Shown here: piece after piece, positions 1-8,679 of the stretch
Position numbering within the stretch: position 1 is the first letter of the stretch
Layout of the letters: the number at the start of each line of letters is the position of its first letter
DNA from: Gammaproteobacteria bacterium
GTDB lineage: Bacteria > Pseudomonadota > Gammaproteobacteria > UBA9214
DNA: 64,000 bases
Direction of reading: 5' to 3'
NCBI GenBank assembly: GCA_029860045.1
Contig: JAOUBY010000003.1
Coordinates: 65 to 64,064, forward strand
The notes under the pieces: generated by a model
The model's database searches: none
Told to the model about the DNA's origin: nothing
The model's input: only the letters and a program-made list of their open reading frames with translations
Program-made: the position numbers and the translations under genes

Positions 1-1056
1 TACGTGATGGAGAACCTGCGTGCCGAGATCAGCCTGAGTCCGAATGACGTCACGGTGAATGTCACCGATACCAGTGGTGGAACATCCGGTGGCGGCGGCA
101 TGGGCGGTGGCGGTATGGGCGGTGGTGCCGGTGCTGTTATTCCGGTGCTTGATGCGACCAATGTCACGCTGGTCGTGAGAAACCTCAACAAGACCATGAG
201 TGACGGCAATAACGTCAATTTCTGGGTGTTCTGCGATCAGGGCATGGCGGATGGCGGCGGCATGGGTGGTGGCTGTACGCTGCCCAGCCCGGTGCTGGAA
301 CTGGGTGTCGGCCAGCAGGCGAATATCAACCTGAACATGATGATGGCGCCCCAGGAGCAGCCGCCCTATCACGGCCATACCATTCATCCGCATGGTGTCG
401 ATGTGGCGCAGTCCGAAGACGGTGTGCCGGAGACAGGTGCAGCGGTGCTGGGTGATACCTATACCTTCAGCGTCGACAGCCGTTACGTGGGCAGTCACAT
501 GTACCACTGCCACGTGCATACGGTGAAGCACCTGGAAATGGGTATGTACGGTGCGCTAATCGTCAAGAACGGTAATCTCATCAATAATAATGGGCCGTCG
601 TATGACTTTGAGTGGAACATGGTGCTAAGTGCCGTGGACCCGGATTATCACACTGCGGTGCAGGATTCGCCGGTATTTGCGGATTACAATCCGCAATACT
701 TCCTGATTAACGGTGAAGAAGGCCTCAGCCAGGGTTCACCGGCGGAAACACTCACCGCGGCCCCGGGCGCACGTGTTGCGATTCGCCTGATTGGTATCCA
801 TTCAGTCAACAGTACTTTCCGTGTCCGTAACTCGGGCGGTAGCAGCCAGTCCTTCACGGTGTATAACGTCGATGGTTTTGAACTGCCAAACCCGCAGAAC
901 GTGTCCAGTGTGGAGGTGTCACCCGGCCAGACCAAGGATGTCATGGTGACCTTGCCGACGGGTGGCGGCACCTGGTATCCGGAAGTGAGCTACCGGGATT
1001 TGCGCAACAACAGCACCTACAACAACGGTACGGTATACACCCGGCTGGATTTCTGA
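1..1056 (+). CDS. Multicopper oxidase/cupredoxin two-domain protein with Gly/Met-rich linkers; probably 5'-truncated by the window edge
   Basis: The frame is open from base 1. Cu motifs HGHTIHPHG and MYHCHVHTVKHLEMGMYG (type-1 H/C/H/M). GGGGMGGGGMGG repeats. SCO gene downstream. Confidence 0.85.
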   Translation, partial: YVMENLRAEISLSPNDVTVNVTDTSGGTSGGGGMGGGGMGGGAGAVIPVLDATNVTLVVRNLNKTMSDGNNVNFWVFCDQGMADGGGMGGGCTLPSPVLELGVGQQANINLNMMMAPQEQPPYHGHTIHPHGVDVAQSEDGVPETGAAVLGDTYTFSVDSRYVGSHMYHCHVHTVKHLEMGMYGALIVKNGNLINNNGPSYDFEWNMVLSAVDPDYHTAVQDSPVFADYNPQYFLINGEEGLSQGSPAETLTAAPGARVAIRLIGIHSVNSTFRVRNSGGSSQSFTVYNVDGFELPNPQNVSSVEVSPGQTKDVMVTLPTGGGTWYPEVSYRDLRNNSTYNNGTVYTRLDF

Positions 1057-1084
1057 CGGGTGATGTTTGTGAAAGGTTGTGCAC

Positions 1085-1109
1085 GGCCCCCCTTTATCCG
1101 AAGGGGGTC
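1085..1109 (+). terminator. GC-rich hairpin after the multicopper oxidase gene (possible terminator or mRNA-stabilising stem)
   Basis: CCCCCTT-tatccg-AAGGGGG inverted repeat about 30 bp after the stop; no clear U tract. Confidence 0.35.
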
Positions 1110-1136
1110 GTTCGTACATCAGGGGTTTACCAGCCA

Positions 1137-1745
1137 ATGAGAGCAGGTAAAGGAAAAATCTTCGCTGGCGTGGTATTCGCGCTGCTGGGCATCCTCTGTA
1201 GCCGCGTGGCCGTATCCCTCGATGAAAAGCCCATCGATCCTTTTGATTATAATTTTTGTGGTGGAGAAAGGGTCTACCCCATCGTCGGTGTCAATATCGC
1301 CACAGCTTGTGGGCCACGTAACCAGGTGGCGTTGGGACGGCGCGGGAAAATAAGCTGGTCATTTCCGGCCTATGCTTCAGAGCCGGCCCGTGAGGGTTCA
1401 TTCAGGCTTTCGGACGAGCAGCTTGATGAACTATCACTGCTAGCCGAGGTGACCCAGGTGGCCAGTGCTCCGGAGACGGTGCCGGCGCCAGTGATGTACA
1501 AGCTGGGCATTAACTTCTCGGCGCGTCGTCCGGCGTATGTCTACGCAGCATTAACCGATCAATACACGCCGGCCAACAGCCTGCTGCAGGCCATGCTGGA
1601 GCTGGTTCCCGACCACCCCAGGTTGCCTGATTGCGAGGGAGTGCAGGGATTGTTCGACCCGACCCTGCATCGGGAAGATCGACTTGAGTTGATAAAATCA
1701 AGCAGTGACGAAGCAGTCTCCAGCGAAATAGTGGCAAGGCAATAA
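1137..1745 (+). CDS. Hypothetical exported protein
   Basis: ATG at 1137 gives a basic then hydrophobic signal-like N-terminus (MRAGKGKIFAGVVFALLGILC). Stop lies 2 bp before the SCO start. Confidence 0.7.
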   Translation: MRAGKGKIFAGVVFALLGILCSRVAVSLDEKPIDPFDYNFCGGERVYPIVGVNIATACGPRNQVALGRRGKISWSFPAYASEPAREGSFRLSDEQLDELSLLAEVTQVASAPETVPAPVMYKLGINFSARRPAYVYAALTDQYTPANSLLQAMLELVPDHPRLPDCEGVQGLFDPTLHREDRLELIKSSSDEAVSSEIVARQ

Positions 1746-1747
1746 TT

Positions 1748-2368
1748 ATGTCAATGTGTTTTGAAAAAATATGGAAACTGGGGCTGGTGCTTGCCCTGTC
1801 ATCAGCCAGCATCGCTGCTCATGAGACAGGTTCCGGCTTCCATGGCCTGCTGGTCGAGCCGGCAAAGGCGATTCATCCGCAGACCATGATGGATCACAAG
1901 GGGAAAGCGGTTAATTTTCCACAGCGCAACGAGCGCATGAAGCTGGTGTTTTTCGGGTACTCCAGTTGCCCCGATGTCTGTCCTATGACCCTGCAGAAAG
2001 TGAAATCACTGATGCACAGGCTGGGCAAGGCGGCAAACGAGCTGGAGTTCTGTTTTGTCAGTATCGATCCACTGCGCGACAATACCGATCAGCTGAACCA
2101 CTTCGTCAGCTACTACGACCCGAGAATCACCGGATTTACCGGGGACCCACGCGCGATCAAGGCGCTGGAGAACGAGTTCGGAATCCTGACCCGTAAATTC
2201 CAGGGTAAATCTGCATTTGCCTATACCCTGGAACACTCGGTATTTCTTTATTTGCTGAATCAGGAAGGGCAGCTACGAATCATGTACCCGGCTTCAATGT
2301 CTGTAGATGCCATCATCAAGGATATTGAGTTGCTTAAAGTGAAGGGAAACAGTCTTGCCAGGAAATAA
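1748..2368 (+). CDS. SCO1/SenC family copper chaperone
   Basis: FFGYSSCPDVCP motif, ISIDPxRD-like segment, conserved His in LEHS, signal peptide. Confidence 0.95.
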   Translation: MSMCFEKIWKLGLVLALSSASIAAHETGSGFHGLLVEPAKAIHPQTMMDHKGKAVNFPQRNERMKLVFFGYSSCPDVCPMTLQKVKSLMHRLGKAANELEFCFVSIDPLRDNTDQLNHFVSYYDPRITGFTGDPRAIKALENEFGILTRKFQGKSAFAYTLEHSVFLYLLNQEGQLRIMYPASMSVDAIIKDIELLKVKGNSLARK

Positions 2369-2547
2369 TTAATTTCTACTGCTTTGCCTGCCCGTGACAG
2401 ACTGTCCGTCTGCTTCATGTGACATGGGAATAATACAGTCTGTTCCTGATCAACGCTGCGGGTGTTGATATCGTCAGCATGGATAGCAAATACTGCTCTG
2501 TTTCAGCGCCAGTCCGGTTTTCCCGGCAGTTACATGTCTAGCCCCAC

Positions 2548-3228
2548 CTAGGGCGAGATGACATCACCCAGCTGTTCCCGCAATCGGTCAGCAGGGGCCC
2601 GGTTTGTCTCTGATACAGCAAGCAGGAAGTAGCTGGGCTCCTCGTCACGTATCAGGTCGATGGAAGATGTGTAGGAACGCACTTCACCGGGGTCAAGTAC
2701 TGAACGCTCTGTCCCGCTGGATGCATCCATATATTTTATTTGTGCCACACCAATCTGAATGCCGATGTCATTAAAAAGCAGTATATCTACAACCGGTCGG
2801 ATGACTGACAGTGAGTCATTGTGCATTACCAGGCGATATTCGTAGTTTCGTTTCTTGCCATTTCTTACCAGGGTAAAGATGATGTTGCGGATGTAACCGT
2901 CATCGACGGTAATGGCCTCGTCGTATGTTAGTGGCAGTAAAGCCGGAATCCGGCCCTGGACCAGTGCATCCAGTTCGCTTCTGGCCGTTGCCAGTTCATT
3001 GCTAATGGCTTTAACGGTTATTTCCTGTTTACGAAACTCCAGCAACATCTGCTCATATTCTGTTGATTTTCTGTCGAGGTAAAACCAGGTGAATATATAG
3101 CTCAGAAGAAAAAGTGTTGATATGCAGGCAAGCAGATATTTGTAGCGCCTGATTTTTGCCCGGTAGCGATAGGATGATCGTGAGCGGGAAGATGAACTTC
3201 TGCTGGCTGTCGTGTTACCTGACTCCAC
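2548..3228 (-). CDS. Hypothetical single-pass membrane protein with short coiled coil and periplasmic beta-rich domain
   Basis: GTG start with GGAGG RBS. Ser/Arg-rich N-terminus, one TM (YLLACISTLFLLSYIFTWFYL), heptad-like segment. Has its own sigma-54 promoter. Confidence 0.8.
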   Translation of the reverse strand: MESGNTTASRSSSSRSRSSYRYRAKIRRYKYLLACISTLFLLSYIFTWFYLDRKSTEYEQMLLEFRKQEITVKAISNELATARSELDALVQGRIPALLPLTYDEAITVDDGYIRNIIFTLVRNGKKRNYEYRLVMHNDSLSVIRPVVDILLFNDIGIQIGVAQIKYMDASSGTERSVLDPGEVRSYTSSIDLIRDEEPSYFLLAVSETNRAPADRLREQLGDVISP

Positions 3229-3287
3229 GCTCGTTCCTCCGTCAGTGGTCCCTGGAAAGTACAGGATGTGGCCTTTTGGACTATAAC

Positions 3288-3303
3288 CGCAAATATAATG
3301 CCA
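3288..3303 (-). promoter_or_regulatory. Sigma-54 (-24/-12) promoter for the 2548..3228 gene
   Basis: Minus strand reads TGGCAT-TATAT-TTGCG, matching TGGCAC-N5-TTGC with correct spacing, 60 bp upstream of the start. Confidence 0.8.
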
Positions 3304-3367
3304 GATTGTTATTATTCTTTAAAAAACAGTCACTAGTATAGGGCGGTCAATCTGCAGTAAATATCGA

Positions 3368-3384
3368 TGTTAAATATTCTGACA
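3368..3384. promoter_or_regulatory. TGT-N11-ACA enhancer box (putative PrsR binding site)
   Basis: TGTTAAATATTCTGACA, about 65 bp upstream of the sigma-54 site. Same geometry as the box upstream of the PEP-CTERM gene. Confidence 0.65.
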
Positions 3385-3519
3385 TATGTCCTGCGGCACG
3401 CAAACCCCCTTTTATATGCTGCCTTGAGGATCAGGACGCCACGTACTATAGCTGTTAATACAAACTCTCTGCCTGTTCCCCCGGCAGGCCACGTGTGCAG
3501 GTGCACTGGCGACGGAATA

Positions 3520-3548
3520 TTGACTGCTTCAGCGATAATACGTATCGT
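3520..3548 (+). promoter_or_regulatory. Possible sigma-70 promoter for the sugar transferase-prsKRT operon
   Basis: TTGACT-N17-TATCGT in AT-rich intergenic DNA. Confidence 0.3.
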
Positions 3549-3688
3549 CAAATTGATAAAAGGAGTTATATTAATTAATAATAATTAACTTATACACGGA
3601 AGGTAACAGGATGAACGGCCGACACGCTTATTATCTTACTTTGATGACCCGGAGATCCGGGCGGTATCAGCGCAGGTAAAGCAGTCAA

Positions 3689-5098
3689 ATGGCCACATTC
3701 CGCATCTTCCGCCATTATTTCCCCACGGCGTTTATCCTCCTTGGCTTAGTCGAGGCGGCCGTGTTTCTGTTCTCCTTTCATGCCGCGGTACTTATTCGTT
3801 TTTCCAGCGATAGCGCTGCCATAGCTGAACACATTGGTTCACCCTGGCCAAAAGGCATTACCTTCGCCGTGGTGATGATGCTCTGCATGATCGGACTGGG
3901 CCTTTATGATCGCACCTCCTGGTCATGGGAAGGGCGTACCGCAATGTTCTTGCGCGTATTGACCTCCTTTCTGTTTGCCATCTTTCCGTTAAGTTTCATT
4001 TTTTATGTAGCCCCTGAATTATCAGTGTGGCGAGGCCCGGCCTTACTGTCATTTGCAATTTCACTGGTTGGCATCGTCAGTGTGCGCCTGATCTTCTTCA
4101 GTTTCGTTAATCACGTGGTATTCAGACGACGTATCCTGATACTTGGCACTGGCAAGAATGCCTGCCAGATCAGAAATCTGGAAGGCAGTCCATCAATGAA
4201 AGGCATTGATATTGTGGGCTATGTGCATATGAGCAGAGACCATGATGCCATTGAGGACGAACGTGTAATTCATCATGAGCGCCCCTTGCAGGAGATCGTC
4301 AGGGAGAATCAAGTCGATGAAATCGTGCTCGCCGTTGATGACCGGCGCAAGACCCTGCCGGTACATGAAATCCTGGATTGCAAGATGGACGGTGTGAGAG
4401 TCATCGATATGCTGACCTTGTTTGAGCGGGAAACCGGCAAGGTCAAACTGGAACTGGTGAATCCCAGCTGGTTGTTTCTGTCCGACGGCTTTCGTATCAG
4501 CAACGTGTCGCTGATATTAAAACGCGGCCTGGATATCCTGATCAGCCTGTTGTTCCTGCCTGTGTTCCTGCCGGTTATGCTGATTGTAGTAATCGCGATC
4601 TGGCTGGAGAGCGGGGGGAAGGGGCCGGTTATCTACAGTCAGACGCGGGTTGGCGAGGGTGGCAAGGAATTCCAGATCTATAAGTTCAGGAGCATGAATA
4701 TTGATGCGGAGAAGGATGGTGTTGCCCAGTGGGCCAAGAAGCACGATGCGCGTGTTACCCGGGTGGGTGCCATCATCCGCAAGGTCAGGCTGGATGAGCT
4801 GCCGCAACTGTTTAATGTTATCAAGGGCGACATGAGTTTCGTCGGGCCGCGCCCCGAGCGGCCGAAATTCGTCAAGGAACTGGAGGCCCAGTATCCTTAC
4901 TACCGTGAGCGGCACCGGTTGCGTCCGGGATTGACCGGCTGGGCCCAGATCCGCTACGAGTACGGCAGCAGGCCGGAGGATGCCTTCGAGAAACTCCAGT
5001 ATGATTTGTATTACACGAAAAACTGTAGTATTTTCCTAGACTTGCTGATTATTCTACATACCATAGAAGTTGTCCTGATGGGCAAGGGCGCTCACTGA
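3689..5098 (+). CDS. PEP-CTERM/XrtA system priming sugar transferase (polyprenyl glycosylphosphotransferase, TIGR03013-like)
   Basis: N-terminal TMs; [35 protein letters not shown] and YDLYY motifs; directly upstream of prsK. Confidence 0.95.
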   Translation: MATFRIFRHYFPTAFILLGLVEAAVFLFSFHAAVLIRFSSDSAAIAEHIGSPWPKGITFAVVMMLCMIGLGLYDRTSWSWEGRTAMFLRVLTSFLFAIFPLSFIFYVAPELSVWRGPALLSFAISLVGIVSVRLIFFSFVNHVVFRRRILILGTGKNACQIRNLEGSPSMKGIDIVGYVHMSRDHDAIEDERVIHHERPLQEIVRENQVDEIVLAVDDRRKTLPVHEILDCKMDGVRVIDMLTLFERETGKVKLELVNPSWLFLSDGFRISNVSLILKRGLDILISLLFLPVFLPVMLIVVIAIWLESGGKGPVIYSQTRVGEGGKEFQIYKFRSMNIDAEKDGVAQWAKKHDARVTRVGAIIRKVRLDELPQLFNVIKGDMSFVGPRPERPKFVKELEAQYPYYRERHRLRPGLTGWAQIRYEYGSRPEDAFEKLQYDLYYTKNCSIFLDLLIILHTIEVVLMGKGAH

Positions 5099-5209
5099 GT
5101 CGAGCAGCAGGTAATCAACAGGCAGTTATGGGCGGTAATCGCAATGGTTCTGATTCTACCGAATCTCGTGTCAGGTACTTCTCCCGTTAAAAGATCCCGG
5201 GTGTAGTCG

Positions 5210-7309
5210 GTGGCAAACATCGGCGTAACTGGCTACGCACTCGCAGCGACAGCGTATCTTATCTTTACTCTCCTCCTGCTGACCGGATGGCGGGGAAGGC
5301 TACAGAGCAGGTTGCTGGTAATGGCAACCGGCTTCACCGCCCTGTGGGCGATAACCCTGGCAGCCTGGTCGGGATGGGGGATACCCGGCAGCGGTCTGGT
5401 GCAGAGTGTGGAGACCCTGCACTTGCTGGTCTGGCTTGTCTTCATGTTGGGAATCATGCGTTATGCCCAGGGGGGTAAATCGGGCGACAGGGGCAGTATA
5501 CGCAACCTCACCATGTTCATTTATGGCCTCTCGCTGGCGCTGTTGATTGTGCCGTTTATCACTGGCCGGCTGCTATTGGCAGACCAGAGTAAAGAGATCA
5601 GCTTCTTCGGTTATGTGCTGTTGACCATTTGCGGCCTGTTCCTGGTGGAGAACCTGTATCGCAACACCCGCACCGAGCAGCGCTGGGGGATCAAGTTTCT
5701 GTGCCTTGGGGTCGGCGGTCTGTTTGCCTATGACTTTTTCATGTACGCCCAGGCGCTGCTATTCAAACAACTCGATATTTCCCTGTTGAGTGCGCGGGGT
5801 GCTGTATACGCGCTGGTTGCCCCCTTGATTGGTATATCCGTAGCTCGCAACCCGCAGTGGTCGTTAAGCGTATTCATTTCCCAGAAATTGGTCTTTCATA
5901 CGGCGACTCTGCTCGCTGCGGGCGCTTACCTGTTACTGATGGCCGCCGCCGGTTACTACATCAAGACATACGGAGGGGAGTGGGGCGGCGCTCTTCAGGT
6001 TATCTTCCTGTTCGGTGCTGCCGTGGTGCTGCTTGCCCTGTTGTTTTCCGGGCAAATGCGTGCCCGGTTGAGGGTATTTCTTGGCAAGCACTTCTTCCGT
6101 CATCGTTATGATTACCGTGAGCAGTGGCTGAATTTCACAAATGCCCTGTCGCACTGCAAGCAGGATGCCCTGCCGCACGAATGCGTGGTGCGTGCAATAG
6201 CGGACGTAGTGGACAGCTCCGGTGGCCTGTTGTGGCTGCACCGCAAGGACGGCTGCCTGGAGCAGGTCTCACACTGGGGTGTCTCGGGTGGAGAAAGCGA
6301 GGTAATTGAGGGTGACGATGTGCTTGTCCGGTACCTGGAGGAACGTGCCTGGGTGATCAACCTGGATGAGTACCAGGCAGACCCGGAACTGTATGCACCG
6401 CTTGAATTGCCGGACTGGGTAGCTGAGCTGCCGCGTGCCTGGCTGCTTGTGCCATTGCTGGACCAGGGTCGCTTGCTCGGTATTGTTGTCCTCACGCAAC
6501 CGCGCGCAAGTGTGCCGTTTAACTGGGAACTGCGCGACCTGTTGAGAACCGCGGCATCCCAGGCAGCCAGTCACCTGGCGCAACTGGAGGCCGTAGAGGC
6601 ACTGGCCGAGGCCCGTCAGTTCGAGGGTTTTCACCGTCTGTCGGCTTTTGTACTACACGACATCAAGAACCTGATAGCCCAGCAGTCACTGCTGGTTGGC
6701 ACGGCCGCACGTCACAAGCACAAGCCCGAGTTTATCGATGACGCCATCGATATCATGGCGCATTCCGTGGCGAAGATGCAGCGTCTCATGCAGTTGTTGC
6801 GTACGGGGGTATCCAGTGGCACGTCCGTTCGGACCAACCTCGTCACGGTGGTGCGTGATGCGGTCGAAAACTGCGCGGCCGGGCGACCGGTCCCACGTTA
6901 TGAATGTGATCTTGATGAAGTCTGGTTGACACTGGACCGTGACCGGATGACATCCGTAATTGAAAACCTGATTCAGAATGCACAGGATGCGACCCCGGAG
7001 GACGGTGTTGTTAATGTCGGTCTGACCCGGGATGATGACCGGCTTGTTGTTGTTATTTCGGATAACGGTTGCGGCATGGATGCGGCGTTTGTACGCGACC
7101 GCCTGTTCCGTCCCTTTGATACAACCAAGGGAGATACCGGCATGGGTATTGGTGCCTATGAGTGCCGTGAGTTTGTACATTCCCTTGACGGTGAATTACA
7201 AATAGAAAGCGAGCCGGGGAAAGGGACATCTGTACGGATTATCCTGCCTGAGGTTGCAACCATGGCTTCAGAAGATGACGGCTTGCCGAATATGGAGTCA
7301 CACGGTTGA
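5210..7309 (+). CDS. prsK: PEP-CTERM system sensor histidine kinase
   Basis: Multi-TM N-terminus, GAF-like region, H-box AFVLHDIKNL, N-box NLIQNAQDA, DNGCGM and GMGIGAYE G-boxes; synteny. Confidence 0.93.
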   Translation: MANIGVTGYALAATAYLIFTLLLLTGWRGRLQSRLLVMATGFTALWAITLAAWSGWGIPGSGLVQSVETLHLLVWLVFMLGIMRYAQGGKSGDRGSIRNLTMFIYGLSLALLIVPFITGRLLLADQSKEISFFGYVLLTICGLFLVENLYRNTRTEQRWGIKFLCLGVGGLFAYDFFMYAQALLFKQLDISLLSARGAVYALVAPLIGISVARNPQWSLSVFISQKLVFHTATLLAAGAYLLLMAAAGYYIKTYGGEWGGALQVIFLFGAAVVLLALLFSGQMRARLRVFLGKHFFRHRYDYREQWLNFTNALSHCKQDALPHECVVRAIADVVDSSGGLLWLHRKDGCLEQVSHWGVSGGESEVIEGDDVLVRYLEERAWVINLDEYQADPELYAPLELPDWVAELPRAWLLVPLLDQGRLLGIVVLTQPRASVPFNWELRDLLRTAASQAASHLAQLEAVEALAEARQFEGFHRLSAFVLHDIKNLIAQQSLLVGTAARHKHKPEFIDDAIDIMAHSVAKMQRLMQLLRTGVSSGTSVRTNLVTVVRDAVENCAAGRPVPRYECDLDEVWLTLDRDRMTSVIENLIQNAQDATPEDGVVNVGLTRDDDRLVVVISDNGCGMDAAFVRDRLFRPFDTTKGDTGMGIGAYECREFVHSLDGELQIESEPGKGTSVRIILPEVATMASEDDGLPNMESHG

Positions 7310-8679
7310 ACACTCAAAACAAAACGATTCTGATAGTCGAGGACGATCCTGGTCTGCAGAAGGCGCTGCGCTGGGCCTTTAATGATTTCGAGGTAGTGAC
7401 GGCCGAGGATCGCAAGAGCGCCATTGCACAACTGCGCCGCCACGAACCGCAGGTCGTCACACTGGACCTGGGGCTGCCGCCGGACCCGGGTGGCGCCAGC
7501 GAAGGCCTGGCCACGCTACAGGAACTCCTCAGCCTTGCACCGGGTACCAAGGTAATCGTGGTCACCGGGAACAATGACCGGGAAAACGCCGTGCGTGCCA
7601 TCGGGCTGGGGGCCTGGCTGTTCTTCCAGAAACCCGTGGACCCCGAGCTGCTGGGGGTTATCGTGGAGCGCGCCTACAATCTGCACGAACTGGAGCAGGA
7701 GAACAGGGACCTGTCCCGCCAGGATATCAAGGAACCCATGTCCGGGATCATCGCGACGAGTCCGCAGATGCTGCAGGTTTGCCAGACCATCGAGAAGGTC
7801 GCACCCACTGATGCAACCTCGCTGCTGCTGGGAGAAAGCGGGACTGGCAAGGAATTACTGGCGCGCGCACTGCATGACCTCAGCCCACGGGCAAAACAGC
7901 GTTTTGTCGCTATCAACTGTGCCGCCATACCGGACACCCTGCTGGAAAGTGAGTTGTTCGGTTATGAGAAAGGGGCCTTCACGGGCGCTGCCAAGCAGAC
8001 CCAGGGCAATATTGAATATGCCGATGGCGGCACTCTGTTTCTGGATGAAGTTGGCGATCTGCCGCTGGCACTGCAGGCGAAGCTGCTGCGGTTCCTGCAG
8101 GAAAGGATTGTCGTTCGTGTCGGTGGTCGGAAGGAGATACCGGTGGATGTGCGTGTGGTATCCGCTACACACCAGAATCTGGAGGAACTGATCAGCAAAG
8201 GTGCATTCAGGGAAGATCTGTATTACCGGATTAGCGAAATCTCCATCCGTATTCCCGCCCTGAGGGAACGGGAGGGGGAAGCCAGCATACTGGCAAATTA
8301 CTTCCTTGACCGAGAGACAAAGCAGCAGAACAAGGGCCATCTTGCGTTGAGTAAAGACGCGGGTGATGCCATTGATGCATACACCTGGCCGGGCAACGTG
8401 CGTGAGCTTGCCAATCGCATCAAGCGCGCTGTCATTATGACGGAAGGCAAGCAGGTTACGGCGCGGGATCTTGAATTCTCAACAGACGGAGAGGCGGAGT
8501 CGCTGCCACTGAACCTGCGGGAGGTTAGAGAAAAGGCTGAATGTAACGCTTTGCTGCGGGCCTTGAATCATTCCGGGGGTAACGTGTCTCAGGCAGCACA
8601 GTCACTGGGTATTACTCGTCCGACATTCTATGCGATGGCCAAGAAGTACAAGCTGGATATCGGTCAAACCGGAACCTGA
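7306..8679 (+). CDS. prsR: PEP-CTERM-box sigma-54-dependent response regulator
   Basis: Receiver domain (LDLGLPP), Walker A GESGTGKE, GAFTGA, WPGNVREL, Fis-type HTH; overlaps the prsK stop. Confidence 0.95.
   Translation: MNTQNKTILIVEDDPGLQKALRWAFNDFEVVTAEDRKSAIAQLRRHEPQVVTLDLGLPPDPGGASEGLATLQELLSLAPGTKVIVVTGNNDRENAVRAIGLGAWLFFQKPVDPELLGVIVERAYNLHELEQENRDLSRQDIKEPMSGIIATSPQMLQVCQTIEKVAPTDATSLLLGESGTGKELLARALHDLSPRAKQRFVAINCAAIPDTLLESELFGYEKGAFTGAAKQTQGNIEYADGGTLFLDEVGDLPLALQAKLLRFLQERIVVRVGGRKEIPVDVRVVSATHQNLEELISKGAFREDLYYRISEISIRIPALREREGEASILANYFLDRETKQQNKGHLALSKDAGDAIDAYTWPGNVRELANRIKRAVIMTEGKQVTARDLEFSTDGEAESLPLNLREVREKAECNALLRALNHSGGNVSQAAQSLGITRPTFYAMAKKYKLDIGQTGT

Noticed and set aside
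88..273. GGC/GGT/ATG repeats as a DNA tandem repeat or contingency locus
   Set aside because: Synonymous variation shows they are protein-level Gly/Met linkers.
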